DNA of 64,000 nt from Octopus sinensis (lineage: Eukaryota), in assembly GCF_006345805.1 (NCBI RefSeq), contig NC_043000.1, positions 106,764,001-106,828,000 of the forward strand. The letters are read 5' to 3'. Below are positions 1 through 14,291 of the stretch, piece after piece. The notes below the pieces were generated by a model, which saw only the letters and a program-made list of their open reading frames with translations, made no database searches and was not told the origin of the DNA. The translations under genes and the position numbers were made by a program. Each line of letters opens with the position of its first letter. Position 1 is the first letter of the stretch.

Positions 1-45
<45 letters not shown>

Positions 46-76
46 ACATATGTATGTATCATATATGTATGTATAC

Positions 77-133
<57 letters not shown>

Positions 134-190
134 GTATACATATGTATGTATCATATATATATATGTATGTATACCTATATATATATGTGT

Positions 191-227
<37 letters not shown>

Positions 228-341
228 ACATATGTATGTATACATATATATATGTATACATATTATATGATGTATACATATATCTATATGTATGTATACA
301 TCTATATATATGTATGTATACATATATATATGTATGTATAC

Positions 342-374
<33 letters not shown>

Positions 375-415
375 TGTGTGTGTGTGTGTATGTGTGTGTC
401 TGTGTGTGTGTGTGT
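1..415. repeat. Compound microsatellite (TA)n/(TATG)n/(TG)n; representative of dozens of such tracts
   Basis: Directly visible; similar tracts at e.g. 9230-9750, 31700-32340, 61100-61800. Confidence 0.99.
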
Positions 416-1041
416 GAAGTATATTTGCCACCTAAACGTAGCTAACCACCAAGGGTGGATGCTACTGTAGCTTGTAACCCCAGGAGAACATCTCCAGCTG
501 GCTATTGACACACTTTCTGTGCCCTATCAGTATTTGCAAAGGGAAGCTATCCTTCCCATCGTCAACCTGACGTGATACGCACGGACCCGGGTTTTTGGGT
601 ATTTACCCGTCGTCAACGCACGACAATCACTGGTCTTCGATGCGAAGGGGTCCCAATGCAAATACATATATCCTGTTTCCAGTGACGAAATGTTACTGAT
701 CTCGAAAAAGTGTAAACAAGCAATAATAAATCTCTGAACGAGGTATAAACAGTACTTATCCTATAGGCCTCTTTCGTTACAAAGATGTAAGCATACTAAC
801 GCGGTTGTCAAGCGGTAGTAGGGGACGAACAGAGACACAATGACATACACACACACACGCACACATGCACACATACACACACACATACACAATCACAGAT
901 TAGTTACAGGATTCATTAGAACCTAAGTAGGACGCTCGGGCTAGCCATGCACCATAACACCGAGCTGAGTGTGAGACAAAAACAACCATGAGTTGTAATA
1001 TGTTGGTGGCGTACTGCAGGTATGTATATATAATTATTTAT

Positions 1042-1104
<63 letters not shown>

Positions 1105-2987
1105 TATCATATGTAAATATATGCATATATGTACATACCTACATATGTATATATACATGCATATATAGGTACAGAACATAAAAAAAAAACGTTGAACACA
1201 ATGAGAAACGAAAAGATAAAAACAAAAACATAGAAAACGAAATTTTTTCGAACAACGAAAAACCACAGAGAAATGAGACACGAAACATAAAGAATATTCC
1301 ACGTCATCAGTTATCCCTGTTTCATCTACTCCGCAACGAAGGTAAGGACAATACGCGACTTCGTTGAAACAGTCCTACCCGCAAAGCAAATTAAATAAAA
1401 TTTGGGACTTTTTGCGGAGGGTGGAAGTGGTAACAAGAACAGGACAGTGAGAACAAGACAGTAAAAACAAACGGTGAGGGCTGTTGAGCCAAGACGATAG
1501 AAAAATTATTATGAACGCTAGGAAGACAAGCTCATGAGAGAAGACAGGTATAAGCAAGTCTTGTCTTTAGGAAGGAAATGGACAGAAAGATAGATTCCCT
1601 TTCGTCATGTGTCAGCGACGAGAGATACCAAGTCCAATATGAGCAGTAGATCCGACTCATGGTTGTCACCTCGAGGCTATAGAAGGCTCAAGGTGCTACG
1701 CAGTGGGATTGAACTCAGAAGCATGTTGTTGAATACATATACATATGTGTGTGTAAGTGTGTGTCATAACATGCATACATACATACATACATCCATACAT
1801 ACATACATACATACATACATACATACATACATACATACATACATAGTATCAACTGAGTAACACTTGAAACGCTTTAACCTATATTAATGTAAACTAGGCT
1901 GAAGTACAATTTCTTGTGGTTGAAATTATATCCAGAGTTTTGGAAATTGCTTTGTTATTTTGTGAATTGTTTTTCATTAAAGCCAAAGGTTAAACATCAA
2001 TATTTCTCCTTTTTTTGCCAGAATCTAAAGAACACGACCTAAAATCCAAAAGCTGAAACCAAAATTAATTTGAATATATAATAAAAACTGCAAAACAGCA
2101 ACATCACAATAAATTTTGGCTTACATAGATATTATCTGAAACCAAAAAGAAATGTAAACTACATTTTCTTCGTTTTCAGAATGGTAAAAAAAAATAAGGA
2201 AATCCGTCTCTTGTATTTATTTCTGAAGCATCTTTTCTTATAAACGCGTGTGATATTCTGAGGCTACATGCCAAATTCAGTAATCTTTAAAGAACACACT
2301 ATGTTTATTACCTCTGCAACCGACCACACCTTTTTTTCTATCACATTTCCTTACGCTTCAGAATGCTGCAAAATAATAAAATTGCAGATGTTAGCCAACC
2401 TAAAATTTCTCAATTCCTGTTGAACATGCTGCTATAATTAATTTCGTATGGTGTCGAAAATATAAAAGAAAATATTTATCTGTTTGTAAATTTACGGGTT
2501 TTCTTCTCTATTTTACTGAAAATCATTATGAACAAATTTAGGCGTAGTTTCATTGTATAAGATCTTTGTGAAGGATTCGCTCACTGATATGTTATTAGTT
2601 TCTATGCAGTGATTGTGTTCAGGGCCATCGTACAGATCAAGTGGTTAACCTGTTATGTTATCTCAGTCTCTCTTTCTCTAATGCGCGCGCGCACACGCAC
2701 ACACAATCTCTCTCTCTCTCCCTCTCTCTCTCGTGCTCTCATTTCTATTTCAGAAATTGCAACCGTGAAAGAAGTGGTTCTAAATGGATATTATTTTAAG
2801 GAAAAAGAGGATATTATTGCCAAAAATCATCGCCTATGTAAAGACCAATCATTTTAAGGAGCAATAACTCGGCATAGGCAAAACACAGTTGTACAAAAAT
2901 ACTGGAAAATGATATATATATTATATATATATATATATAATATATCTATATATATGATATATATAATATATAATATATTAATATATA

Positions 2988-2989
<2 letters not shown>

Positions 2990-3069
<80 letters not shown>

Positions 3070-3148
3070 TAGATAGATAGATAGATAGATAGAGAAAGAG
3101 AGAGAGACAGACAGACAGACAGAGAGATAGATAGATAGATAGACAGAC

Positions 3149-3214
<66 letters not shown>

Positions 3215-3265
3215 AGAGACAGAGACAGACAGACAGACAGATAGGCAGACAGACAGACAGAAGAG

Positions 3266-3308
<43 letters not shown>

Positions 3309-3320
3309 CAGACTGATAGG

Positions 3321-3360
<40 letters not shown>

Positions 3361-3380
3361 ATAGATAGATAGATAGATAA
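2990..3380. repeat. (GA)n/(CAGA)n/(TAGA)n compound microsatellite
   Basis: Directly visible. Confidence 0.99.
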
Positions 3381-3645
3381 GGAGAAAGAGATGGATGGAG
3401 AGAATGAAGAACAATGACAGGAAAGAAGGAAAAATATACAAAAGAGGAGAAAGATAATTTTGTTTTCATTTTTTCATGTTTTCCTTTTTTTTCTTTTTAC
3501 TTAATTTTGAATTTTTCTTCAGATAACTTATTGGATTGACAAGAAACAAGATGTCTGCTTACTGAGTTTAATACGAATGAAAACAAACAAACAGACAAAC
3601 AAAAACGACACTTATGAAATGTTTATCACAATGTCTTCATGATCA

Positions 3646-3857
3646 ACGTTCTGAGTTCAAATTCCGCTGAGGTCGACTTTGCCTTTCACCCTTTCGGGGT
3701 CGATAAATTAAGTACCGGTTGCGTTCTTGGGTCGATCTAATCGACTGGCCCCCTCTCCAAAAATTTCGGACCTTATGCCTAGAGTATAAAAGAATATCTT
3801 CTTGTTCAACTACATTTTCTCCTTCACGCCCTCCTTCTTCCAGATTTCCACATTTTA

Positions 3858-3890
<33 letters not shown>

Positions 3891-4950
3891 TACTACTACT
3901 ACTACTAGGTGGCTAGCTAGCAGAATCGTTAGCTGACCGGGCAAAATGCTTCTAAGTTTAAAGTCTGCCGAGGTCGACTTCACTTTTCAGTATTTCGGGG
4001 TCGCTAAAATAAGTACTAGGACCGATGTAATCGACTTACCTCCTCTCCCCTAACTCGCTGGCCTTGTGCCAAAATTTGAAAACAATATTATTATTATCAT
4101 TATTAAGGCAGTGAGCTGACAGAATCGTTAGCACACCAGGCGAAATGCAGAGCGGGATTTCGTCTGCCGCTACGTTCTGAGTTCAAATTCCGCCGAGGTC
4201 GACTTTGCCTTTCATCTTTTCGAATTCGATTAAATAAGTACCAGCTACACACTGGAGTCGATGTAATCAGCTTACCGCCTCCCCGCAAATTTCAGGCCTT
4301 GTGCTATAATAGAAGGATTATTGTTATCATTATTAAGATAGCGAGCTGGCAGAATCGTTAGCACATCGGACAAAATGCTTAGCGGTATTTCGTTCGTCTG
4401 CACATTCTGAGTTCAAATTCCGCGGAATTTGACTTTGTCTTTCATCCTTTCGGGGTCTTTAAATTAAGTACCGATTAGTCCCCTCCCCATAAATTTGAGG
4501 CCTTGTGCTTCCTGTAGAATCATTAGCATGCCGAGCGAAATGTTCAGCGGTATTTCGTCTGTCGCTACGTTCTGAGTTCAAATTTCGCCGAGTTCGACTT
4601 TACCTTTCATCCTTTCGGGGTCGGTAGATTAAGTATCAGAGATTAAGTATCAATGTAATCGACTAGTCCCCTTCCCCCAAATTTTAGATCTTGTGTCTTT
4701 AGTAGAAAGGATTATTATTAGCATTATTATTGTTATTAAGTTCAAATTCCGCCGGATTTCACTTTTTTTACACTCACCTGTATCGAATAATTGGTTTCAA
4801 ACTGTGACACAAAGCCAACAATTCTGGAGCCGAGAACAAATCGATTACGTCGATCCAGTGTTCAACAGGTACTATTTTTATCGACCCCGGTGGTATTTAA
4901 ACTCAGAAATTAAAATCAGTGCACTAAGATTCTGCCAGCTCGCCGTCTTT
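3646..4950 (+). mobile_element. Cluster of family B tRNA-like SINEs (about six head-to-tail copies or fragments, plus one inverted)
   Basis: Recurring gagctggcagaatcgttagc...acgttctgagttcaaattccgccgaggtcgactttgcctttcatcctttcggggtcg...taagtacc; inverted copy at ~4795-4950. Confidence 0.9.
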
Positions 4951-5614
4951 CCCGTGTCACCAGTCAAGTACAGGTGTTAATAAAAGCAACTAATCCTCTT
5001 CCACTGCGAAAATGCTTGGCCTTTGTCTACTTTAGAAATCATTATTTATTTATTTATCTATCTATTTATGTTTGCTTGCTTGTTTAATGATTACCCACAA
5101 TTCATTATTGCACAATTTCAATGTTTAGTTTACTGTCACACTTTCAAGTCTTCTATGATCTCTGAATCTTATTTATTTATTTATTCACTCATTCATTTCT
5201 CTGTCTCCACTATCTTCTTCGATTTCTCTTTCTTTTTCTCTATTTTCTAGTCATTTATTTTCAAAACCTACTTCTCAAATACTGGTCGTGTACTGATAGC
5301 ACTAACCGTCCATTTTCTCTTCTTTAAATATTTTTCATTCACCAACATTTTAATCTTCTCTGTCAACTTTCACCTTTAAGTATAAAGTAAATTGATTTAC
5401 ATGTTCTTTATCATTCCAAGAGCATTTATTCTTTACATTTCGTTTCATGGTATCATTTTTGAGTTTTATGCAATTTTCTCTCGACTTTGTCAAACCAAAA
5501 TTCCATCTCGTTGCCATGTCACAGATCGACCGTCCGTCCCTTGAAATAATCATAATGTGGCCAGTTATAGACACTTTACATGAATGTTTATTTCTTGAAA
5601 TTGTGTGAGTGTAT

Positions 5615-5651
<37 letters not shown>

Positions 5652-6464
5652 GTTCTTGAGCAAAACCCATGAGTAAAAATATTCCAGCAGTGGCCACCCC
5701 GTCTATTTGTATATATAAGAATACATTTCGAATGTGTCCCTCCTTTTCCAGGTGTGGAATTGTTTGAAGGAGATTTTTTTTTACTATTTCTAGCCAATCT
5801 AGTACCTACGCGAAGGAACCCCACTTGCTGGTGTTTTTGTTGTTGTTGTTGCTGCTGTTGCTGCTACTACTGTTGATGTTGTTGTTGTTGAGAGAGAGAG
5901 AGAGAGAATTGACTTTGGTGAGTGGGTGTAAATAAAATAGCTAACTGGTACTTTATTTATCGAGTCCGAAGAGATGAAAGCAGGATTCGAACTCACAACA
6001 TAGAGAGTTGAAACAAACATAGCAAAGCGTTTATGCAACGCTCTAACGCTTTCTTATGTTCTTATAAATTTGGACTATTATTTTATGCATTATATATTAT
6101 AACATATATAATGCATATATATGTCACTCGTCTTATGGTAGATAATTATGGAAGTATACTGTTGCTCTCATGAGGAATATCGGGAAATATTACATACATA
6201 TATAATAATTACAATTTAACTTTTATCAAATTTCTTAGTGCTAGTACAAAATAGTGTAAGAAATACTAATCTTCAAAAGAAAAATTATTATAAACTTAAA
6301 ATAAAATTAAATGAAACAAATATCTCGTGTGTATATTTGCAATAAATACATGTTATCAATTTGCCAAATTTTTTCAACGTGATTGCAATCTACGCCATCA
6401 AAAACATATCTCAGTAAAATTTCATTAAAAATATGTATTTTTCAGAAAGTTATAAGAATCAAGT

Positions 6465-6780
6465 GAAGGCGCATGACTGACTGGTGAGAGCGTCGGCTTT
6501 ACAATCGTGAGGTTCTGAGCTCGATTCCCGGAACAGGTTGTGTGTTGTATTCTTGAGTAAACCATTTTATTTCATATTACTCCAGTTCTCATTCATTTGT
6601 AGAAATAAGTTACAACGTCACTGGTGCCAAGCTGTATATCGGCCTTTGCCTTGAGCAACATCGGTGGCGTGTATTAATGAGCGATTGCTGTCCTTCCACA
6701 AACGACCTTGCTGGGACTCGTACCTTGGAGTTGAACTTTCTAAGTGCAATCCTATGGTCATTCATGACTGAAGGGGTTTT
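6465..6780 (+). mobile_element. tRNA-derived SINE (same family as 13958-14291)
   Basis: gaaggcgcatg...agagcgtcg...gagctcgattcccgga...gttgtattcttgag...ggtcattcatgactgaagggg. Confidence 0.85.
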
Positions 6781-6964
6781 TATAAGCATCAAAATAGGCT
6801 GGTGGCTTAACAAAATGGAGTTACACATTCGCCTCTTTCTATCGCCTCACCCCCCTCTCTCTCTCATTATATATATTTTATTTTATTTTATTTTATCTAG
6901 TTTCAGCTCACGAGCTGTGGCCATGCTGGGGCACCACCATATATATATATATATATATATATAT

Positions 6965-7044
<80 letters not shown>

Positions 7045-8321
7045 CTATATATATATATGAGACGTAAAAGTAATTTGCAAATTTACAACTCATTTCGAAA
7101 CGTGAACAAAAATTTAATTCGAAAGAAATAAATTGTCACTATGTAATTATTTTTGCTTTTATCTTTTTTATAAGTGTCTTATTTTTTACGATGCTACCGT
7201 TATAAACGACTCCATCATTTCTTCCTCTTCACCTCCTCTGTCTCTATGATTCCCTTTCTCTCACTGTGTGTATGTGCAACGGTGATTTGTTCATTGCTGC
7301 CACCAAGCCTAGTATGTGCGCTTATCCTGCATCTCCTATGCTAACTCTCTTTGTATCTCTCTTTTACCCTCTCCAACCAACCTGCCAGTCAATTAAAATT
7401 AATAACATATTGATTATTCATTTGCTCCCATTACGGCCTGTATATTGTGATGCACTACATCTACCAATATTATGATGGATCTCCGAGAACCCGGAAATAG
7501 CTGTCGGACTTATACCACCTTATCTATTTCCCTTTAATTTTCTTTGTTGTTTGTACTCTGTGTAAGTTTGATCTATTAATATATATTCATAAATATTATT
7601 CATCTGAAAGTCTTCAATCATTGCTTTCTTTTTGTTTGCATGCACACACACACACGCACACACACACATACACATATACACACATACACACACACATATG
7701 TCTTCTATATGAAACCCAAGCTGTTAAATTAAATTTGTTTATCGGCATAATTGCCTCAATATCTGCTCACCTTGGTTTCTCTTATAGCCTCTCTTTACTC
7801 CATCGAATTGGTCCCTCGTAAAGACATCGGAGTCTAAGTTCGAATCATTTGAGTGTTACTTAGTTTTTTTTTCCATACTGAGAATCTCTTGATCTCATCT
7901 GTTAGCTACATAATATATGAATTAGAGATATAGGTGTATAATATTTTATAACTTTTAAACAAGGATAAGTATGCCGAACTAATTACGTTGTGCTATTTAG
8001 TTATCTCTCATATATTATATCATGATATTATATAATACAACACATAATATTATATGTATTGATGAGAGAAAATAGAAAGAGGAGGGTTGCACAGAAAGCA
8101 AGAATCCCACTGTGTCACGACTCTATCATTATGTGACCCAACTGTAACCGTGGATTTTATGCCAAAATGGTCCTCATAAACCACCTCAGGACCCACAGAG
8201 TGTAAAGCTGCTAATCTGGTCATCCTCACAGACCTGATATACGAAGGTAATATAATATAAGAGATTTTGTAGCCTGGTGAGTAATATACCGAATTAAATA
8301 CATAGTGATATTTAGTTATCA

Positions 8322-8740
8322 CAAGGCGGCGTACTGGTTGAATCGTTAGCACGCCGGGTAAACTGCTTAGCGGAATTTCATCCGTCTTCACGTTCCGAGT
8401 TCAAATTCAGCCGAGGTCGACTTTGCTTTACGTCCTTTCAGGCTCGAAAAAATAAGTAAAAGTTGAACGCTGGGGCCGATGTAATCGATTTGACCACTCC
8501 CCTGAACTTTGGAATCTATATTTGGTTATCGTAAGGCAGCGACCTGACAGAATCGTTAGCATGCCGGGCAAGATGCTTAGCAGCATTTCGTCCGTCATGA
8601 AGCTCTGAGTTTTGCCGAGGTCGACTTTGCCTTCCATCTTTTCGGGTCCGTTAAAATAAGTACCAACCGAGCACTGGGACCAATGTAATCGACTTATCCT
8701 TACCCACCGGATTGCTGGCCTTATACCAAAATTTACAATA
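8322..8740 (+). mobile_element. Two tandem family B SINEs
   Basis: Same consensus, starting at 8322 and 8533. Confidence 0.9.
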
Positions 8741-9357
8741 TATGTTTAGTTATCGTTCTTTAAGTCCTGTGATTATTCTGTGTACCTCCAAGGTACATAA
8801 AATAACCATTAATAACATATTGGAATTGATTAAATTAATTCTACCCCGCCTGTAAAATTTGTGACCTTATGCAGATGTAAACATTTAATATTATGAATTA
8901 CGAAACAAATAACATAATTTGTATAAAGTGGGAATAATAAATTAGTTTATTAATTAATTTCCTAATTAATTACTTAATTAATTAAATTATTATCTAATTT
9001 CATTATTAATTTGATTGTACATCGTAGTCCAATACTGGAAACTAACATATTCACAGTAAACTTCCTTAACACATATCTGCTGATAGTACAAAGATTCAAA
9101 TACATATATTAACATTATGATTCCTAATTAACTTAAGTCATTTATGTAATTGTATAGATAATGGGATATAGATAGACAGAATTTGGAAGAGGATAAAAAG
9201 GAGGGAAAGTACATACATATAGATATATATGAATAGATATATGTACATATACATATGTATACATGCATATATACACACATGCCCACAAACACATATACTT
9301 ATTTATGTGTGTACATATATATGTTTGTACGTATATATATGTATGTATGCATATGCT

Positions 9358-9403
<46 letters not shown>

Positions 9404-9755
9404 TATATATATACTCATTTATATATATCTATATGTATGTATACACATTTAATATATAAATATATATATATACACACACACGTTTACATATTTACGCATT
9501 TACACATTTACACACACACACATATATATATACATATACGTTCATATATATATACATTTATATATATATACATTTATATATATATGCATTTATATATATA
9601 CATTCATATATATATATTTATATATATATGTACATATATATATATATATACATAAATTTATATACATATATACATTTTTATATATATATACATTTGCATA
9701 CACACACAAATATACATTTATATACAGACACACACACATACACACATATACATTT

Positions 9756-10015
9756 GGCGATGGAAACGCAATTAAGAACTTTTTCACCACAACCTGCAAT
9801 CTAGGATAAAGATTTGTAATTTCCTGCTGCAACCAGAAATGATAACACTCAAATATGAGCTTCAACTCCTCCTTGGTTTTTAATTCCTTCAGTCATTGTT
9901 ATTACATTTGTCTTCTCTCAACACTTGAAAATGGCCCCAAAACTCTCTCTGGAATCTTCATAGCAAGGATTCTTCGAATAGTTTAGTTTCTCATGAATGA
10001 AAGGCCATCTCCTAT
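9756..10015 (-). mobile_element. hAT (Buster/Charlie-like) transposase C-terminal remnant
   Basis: Translates ...[41 protein letters not shown], matching the FWL..E...YP.L...KFLIAFPS dimerisation region; degenerate upstream. Confidence 0.8.
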
Positions 10016-11036
10016 AGACTAGTTCTTTTATACTTAACACTGTGGAAACTGAAATTAGGTTCCGGCCACTAGGTTGAACTTTTGTAATTTAGAAATATCG
10101 AACAAACTCATTTGAAATATTGATATGTTTCTTTTTTATTTCAGTTTGATTAGATGAGCTGAAGTGATATTCATGCATTTTCTTACGGGTAATTTGAATT
10201 TGGGATTTAAATGTATGAAAATATCTTCCAATAAGAATTTAAATCGACGTACAGATTTTTCTCGCTTCAAATTTATCTCCTGATCAATGAACAGAATATT
10301 ATTAGTGTAGAAATTCTAATACGTCAATAAGGCCACACATGTATTGAAGAGATAAAGTTTATTGAAACCTTCCTAACGTTTGACTGATATTTAAATTCAC
10401 CTCTCTGAACAACGAAATGAATTTCTGACCCTGGCGAGGTTTGAACTCAGAAAGTAGAGAAGCTAAATTGAAAACTACGATGCCTTTCCTTTCTTATATT
10501 GTTTGAAGGTTCGTGCCAGAGTTCGATAATAGTATTTGCGGCAAGAAGTCAAAACCAAAGAAACAACACAACTTTCTCGTTCTCCCCCGTTCTCATACGA
10601 AGAGCAAGGTCCCAAAACGTTAAAATTTTAACTTCATATGCAATTTAATCCTCGAAGTCTCTCATGTGAACTAATTCCTCCCTTGCCGATAGCCATCACT
10701 AGTTCTTTCACATTCAGTCACTTTCTTCCCTACTCTTTGACTTTATGAAATATTTAAAGGTCGCTAAAAATAACAAAAGTATACACTGAATATAAAACAG
10801 AAGTCAGGATATCATGGCTATATACTTATTTATTTATTTTATATTTTTATTTATTTATTATTCCATCGTGTTTATTATAGTTCAAAATATTCCAAATGGT
10901 TAACATTTGGTTTAGGTCATCTCCAAAGAAGTGGGATAATGCAAGCAGACTTGGCAGTTATGCCAGCTGCAATTGAAGGTCGAACTCGGGCGAGGTTTGA
11001 TTCTCATCCTGATTGGTAACATTACTGTCTTGTCAT

Positions 11037-11116
11037 TCAATCCAATTTTATCTTTCCAAGGAAACGGTTCCTGATGGACTGAAGCAGACGAGATCTAAGA
11101 TGAGCATCGAGATTTT
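11037..11116 (-). CDS. Candidate terminal coding exon of the neuropeptide gene (E-NLDAHLRSRLLQSIRNRFLGKIKLD*)
   Basis: Strong acceptor attctttatttttgtatatttcag|AA. Phase 1 matches the 24200 donor and would give a 99-aa precursor. AATAAA signals lie ~160-200 nt past the stop (10871-10876 and nearby). The splice link is unproven. Confidence 0.4.
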
Positions 11117-12204
11117 CTGAAATATACAAAAATAAAGAATATTTCAATATAAATTTTATTAAATATTTAACAGTAACAAAAATCGTGACTGTAAAATAAC
11201 AAGCCCAATGATAAAGATCGAAGCTGCTGTCTCCTACGAAACAAACGTTTTGTATGCGAGTATAATGCATCACAAAAGCCACATAGATTGCTTGTTGAAA
11301 ATTAACCATTGTTTAACCACAAATATAAGGAAATTATACATACAAGCGTGAATGAATGCAGAGAGAATTAAAACTCTAAAAAATGAATATGCGACGAGTT
11401 GTCAAAGAGAAATATTTTTATCTTGTTTTAGAACCATAGTAAAAGTGTTTTGGATGTAACTCCTGCTACAAATGTCCTGCAAATTGTACTGATACTATTT
11501 TCAATCTTACAAACTAGAGTTTCTAGTCTCATAGACAGAAATTCTGAGTTTCCAAACCCTTAGTTGTTTATTTGAAAAATAACGCAAACATTTGATGTGG
11601 ACAGGAAAATAATTGTATTTTACTTTGCCAACACAGAAGGCAAAAATGAACATATTTCAGTATTTTTCTGACCTAATCAACGAAATATAGCCTTCATGTA
11701 CTAGACAAAAAGTGGTGGACATACATTTGTAGGAGAAAAAATAGAGTTAAGAAATTAAATAATTTCGTGACGCCATTCTCATGAAAAATAATAAGATAAG
11801 CAGAAAACGACAAATGAGAAAACGGCAAAGAGAACTAAGAATTTGGAATAAAGAGAGAAAAATCAGGAATGACTAGAAGCCTTTCTTCAAGAAGAAAATA
11901 ATGAAATTAATGTAAGAAATTAATGTAAGAAAAAACGTGTAGAATGATGATCAATGAAGCTGAAGCTAATAGAGAGAGAATGAGAATTGTTAATGAAGAA
12001 AGAAGGCAAAATATAAATAATTGATGGTAGGCAAGAATATTTTGCATAAGCCAGAAAAAAAATACGCTATAAGAGAAAAACATTACCGAAAAGAATATAC
12101 AGTATTTCAAAGAGATTAACCAAATGATTATGAAGGAAATGACAGGATATTATTACCGAATATCACTATACAACAAAATGGCCTGTAGAATTTCCATGGG
12201 TTTT

Positions 12205-12440
12205 ACTAGAATATTGTAGAAAGAATCGCAAGGCAGATTCTTCAAGCCGAGTCAACTGGTAACAGACTTAGGGGTAGACCAAGGACGTGATCGTTTGATA
12301 AAATCCATAGTCTCAGTTTGTCACTGTTAGGAATCCAGCCGGAAAGTCTGATGACAATTGCTTCTGATAAGCCCCTATATGGAGAGATATCTAAGGACTC
12401 TAGCCCCACAACCATCCCGGAAATAGAAGGTAAGGATGGA
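12205..12440 (+). mobile_element. RTE-clade LINE 3' end fragment
   Basis: ARQILQAESTGNRLRGRPRT...SLLGIQPE...WRD resembles the RTE C-terminal G.R.RGRPRTRW...LGI motif; contains stops. Confidence 0.7.
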
Positions 12441-12847
12441 TTGATAGGTACTACTAGTTAATAATTATAGGTACTACTAGTTAATAATTAATTATTAAAA
12501 GAAAATGTTCTTCATTTGAGATACCTGTTTATGGATAAGTTTGACTTGAATAAATTGAGTCAACGACTATTGGAAAGGTTACAAGACGCAACGAAAATCT
12601 TAGGGAAAATAAATGAGTGAAAACTTTACTGGCGAGTGTGTTAAATAATAAGGCGCTAAAAGAGAATGACTCTCCCCAGATACAACAAAATATGCTTCAA
12701 CACACGAACTTACATAAAGAATCTTGGAAACCAAATCCCAAAACGAAATTCAGAAACATTATTTTACAAATATATCGGCATCAGTTTCTGCACTGTAATG
12801 ACAGATTTCGCCACTCTTCCACTATCTTTCACTTCTCCCCCAAAGCT

Positions 12848-13150
12848 TATTTGTTCCTTCTCGAGCCATGTCTGGCTCATAAGGGCCAGTTTCCCGGTTT
12901 CCTTGGCGTATAGGTTCCCCACCTGGACGGGACGCCGCTCCGTCGCGGGTGAGTTGCAAGACGCAGGAGGAAAGAGTGAGAGAAAGTTGTGGCGAAAGAG
13001 TCAACAGAAGTTCGCCATTACCTTCTGCTGGAGCTGCGTGGAGCTTAGGTGTTTCGCTCATAAGCACACACATCGCCCGGTCTGAGATTCGAACCCTCGA
13101 TCCTTTGACCGCGAGTCCACTGCTCTAATCACTTGGCCATGTGCCTCCAC
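12848..13150 (-). mobile_element. Family C tRNA-derived SINE with V-domain-like 3' part
   Basis: Head with A/B boxes (gtgattagagcagtggactcgcggtc...ggttcgaatctc); body ccgcgacggagcggcgtcccgtccagg...gaaaccgggaaactggcccttatgagcc. Confidence 0.85.
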
Positions 13151-13957
13151 CCTCCAAAGCTTAAATGAGCAAAAGAGAAAATACGAGGCAAGAACAGCAC
13201 TACGATAAAGAAGTCATACAAAATCCAAATAGCTTGTCTACGGCTGTTTATAATAATCAATGTTACTGCTTCCCCATCAGATTTAATTGCGAAAAAAAAT
13301 TTTTGAATGCACATATATACACACGTATGCTTGTTCACGCACACACATATTCGTATACGCGTGCACAAGAACACATACACACACACCTATGTAAATCTAT
13401 AAACTTTAAAATTTGTCTCATTTCAGCATTGCATACTTCAGTTCTGAATTTATAAATTTGTAAACAAACATATAAAGCAATCAAAAAAAAAAAAAAAAGC
13501 TCCGCTGAATTTGAATTCTTTATTTGGTTCGACACAACATAAACGCGCGCGCGCGCATACACAGAGACACACGTATATAACTCACACATACATGCCTGTG
13601 TACACATATACACGTATATGCACACATCTATATATACACATTTGTGCACACATGAATATATTTGTATAATATACACACATACAGACAACTTTTATATTCT
13701 ACTGTACATCCATTCCTATACATATATACATACATACATGCATACATACATACATGTATACACATATATACTTACATATATGTGTGCGTGTATGCGTGTG
13801 CATGTTTATGTGTCTGTGCTTATGTGCGTGTGCACGTGTATGTATATATATATATAAATGTATATGCATTATATACGTATACATATGTATGTATGTATAT
13901 ATGTATGTATGCATGCATGTATGTATGTATATATATATAATATATATATATACTGCT

Positions 13958-14291
13958 GAGATCACCTTCTGTCATGACTGACCATGGGATTACACCTAGA
14001 AAGTTACCCTCCGAGGCACAAGTCCGGGCAAGGTTGTTTATGGATGACCAGCAGTCGCCCATGCATACCGGCCTCCCCCCTCCACGCCACTAGTGTTATC
14101 CAAGGGAAAGGCAACGGCAGATACAGTTTGGTACCTATGACGTCGCAACTCATTTCTACAGCTGAGTGAACTGGAGCAACGTGAAATAAAGTGTCTTGCT
14201 CAAGAACACAGCACGCAGCCCGGTCCGGGATTCGAACTCACAACCTCATAATCGCAAGCTCGACGCTCTAACCACTGAGCCATGCGCCTTC
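13958..14291 (-). mobile_element. tRNA-derived SINE, near full length
   Basis: gaaggcgcatggctcagtggttagagcgtcg...gagttcgaatcccggaccggg, i.e. A and B boxes, followed by the body shared with 6465-6780. Confidence 0.9.

Noticed and set aside
2754-2857. Exon-like EIATVKEVVLNGYYFKEKEDIIAKNHRLCKDQSF* on +
   Set aside because: The acceptor is supplied by a (CT)n microsatellite; no recognisable homology or partner exons.
3646-4950. CRISPR-like array
   Set aside because: Units are 150-200 bp diverged SINE copies in eukaryotic DNA, not short repeats with unique spacers, and there are no cas genes.
8050-8236. Open frame SVRMTRLAALHSVGPEVVYEDHFG... on -
   Set aside because: The phase is incompatible with the neuropeptide exon and no motif was recognised; it may be a repeat remnant.
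10917-11017. Plus-strand exon-like HLQRSGIMQADLAVMPAAIEGRTRARFDSHPD
   Set aside because: Unrecognised; the next intron would be only 45 nt, and it overlaps the better-supported minus-strand 3' UTR candidate.
12848-14291. tRNA genes at the tRNA-like heads (also 6465, 44357, 62520)
   Set aside because: A/B boxes are present, but they run into repeat bodies and no complete cloverleaf is evident; these are SINE heads.
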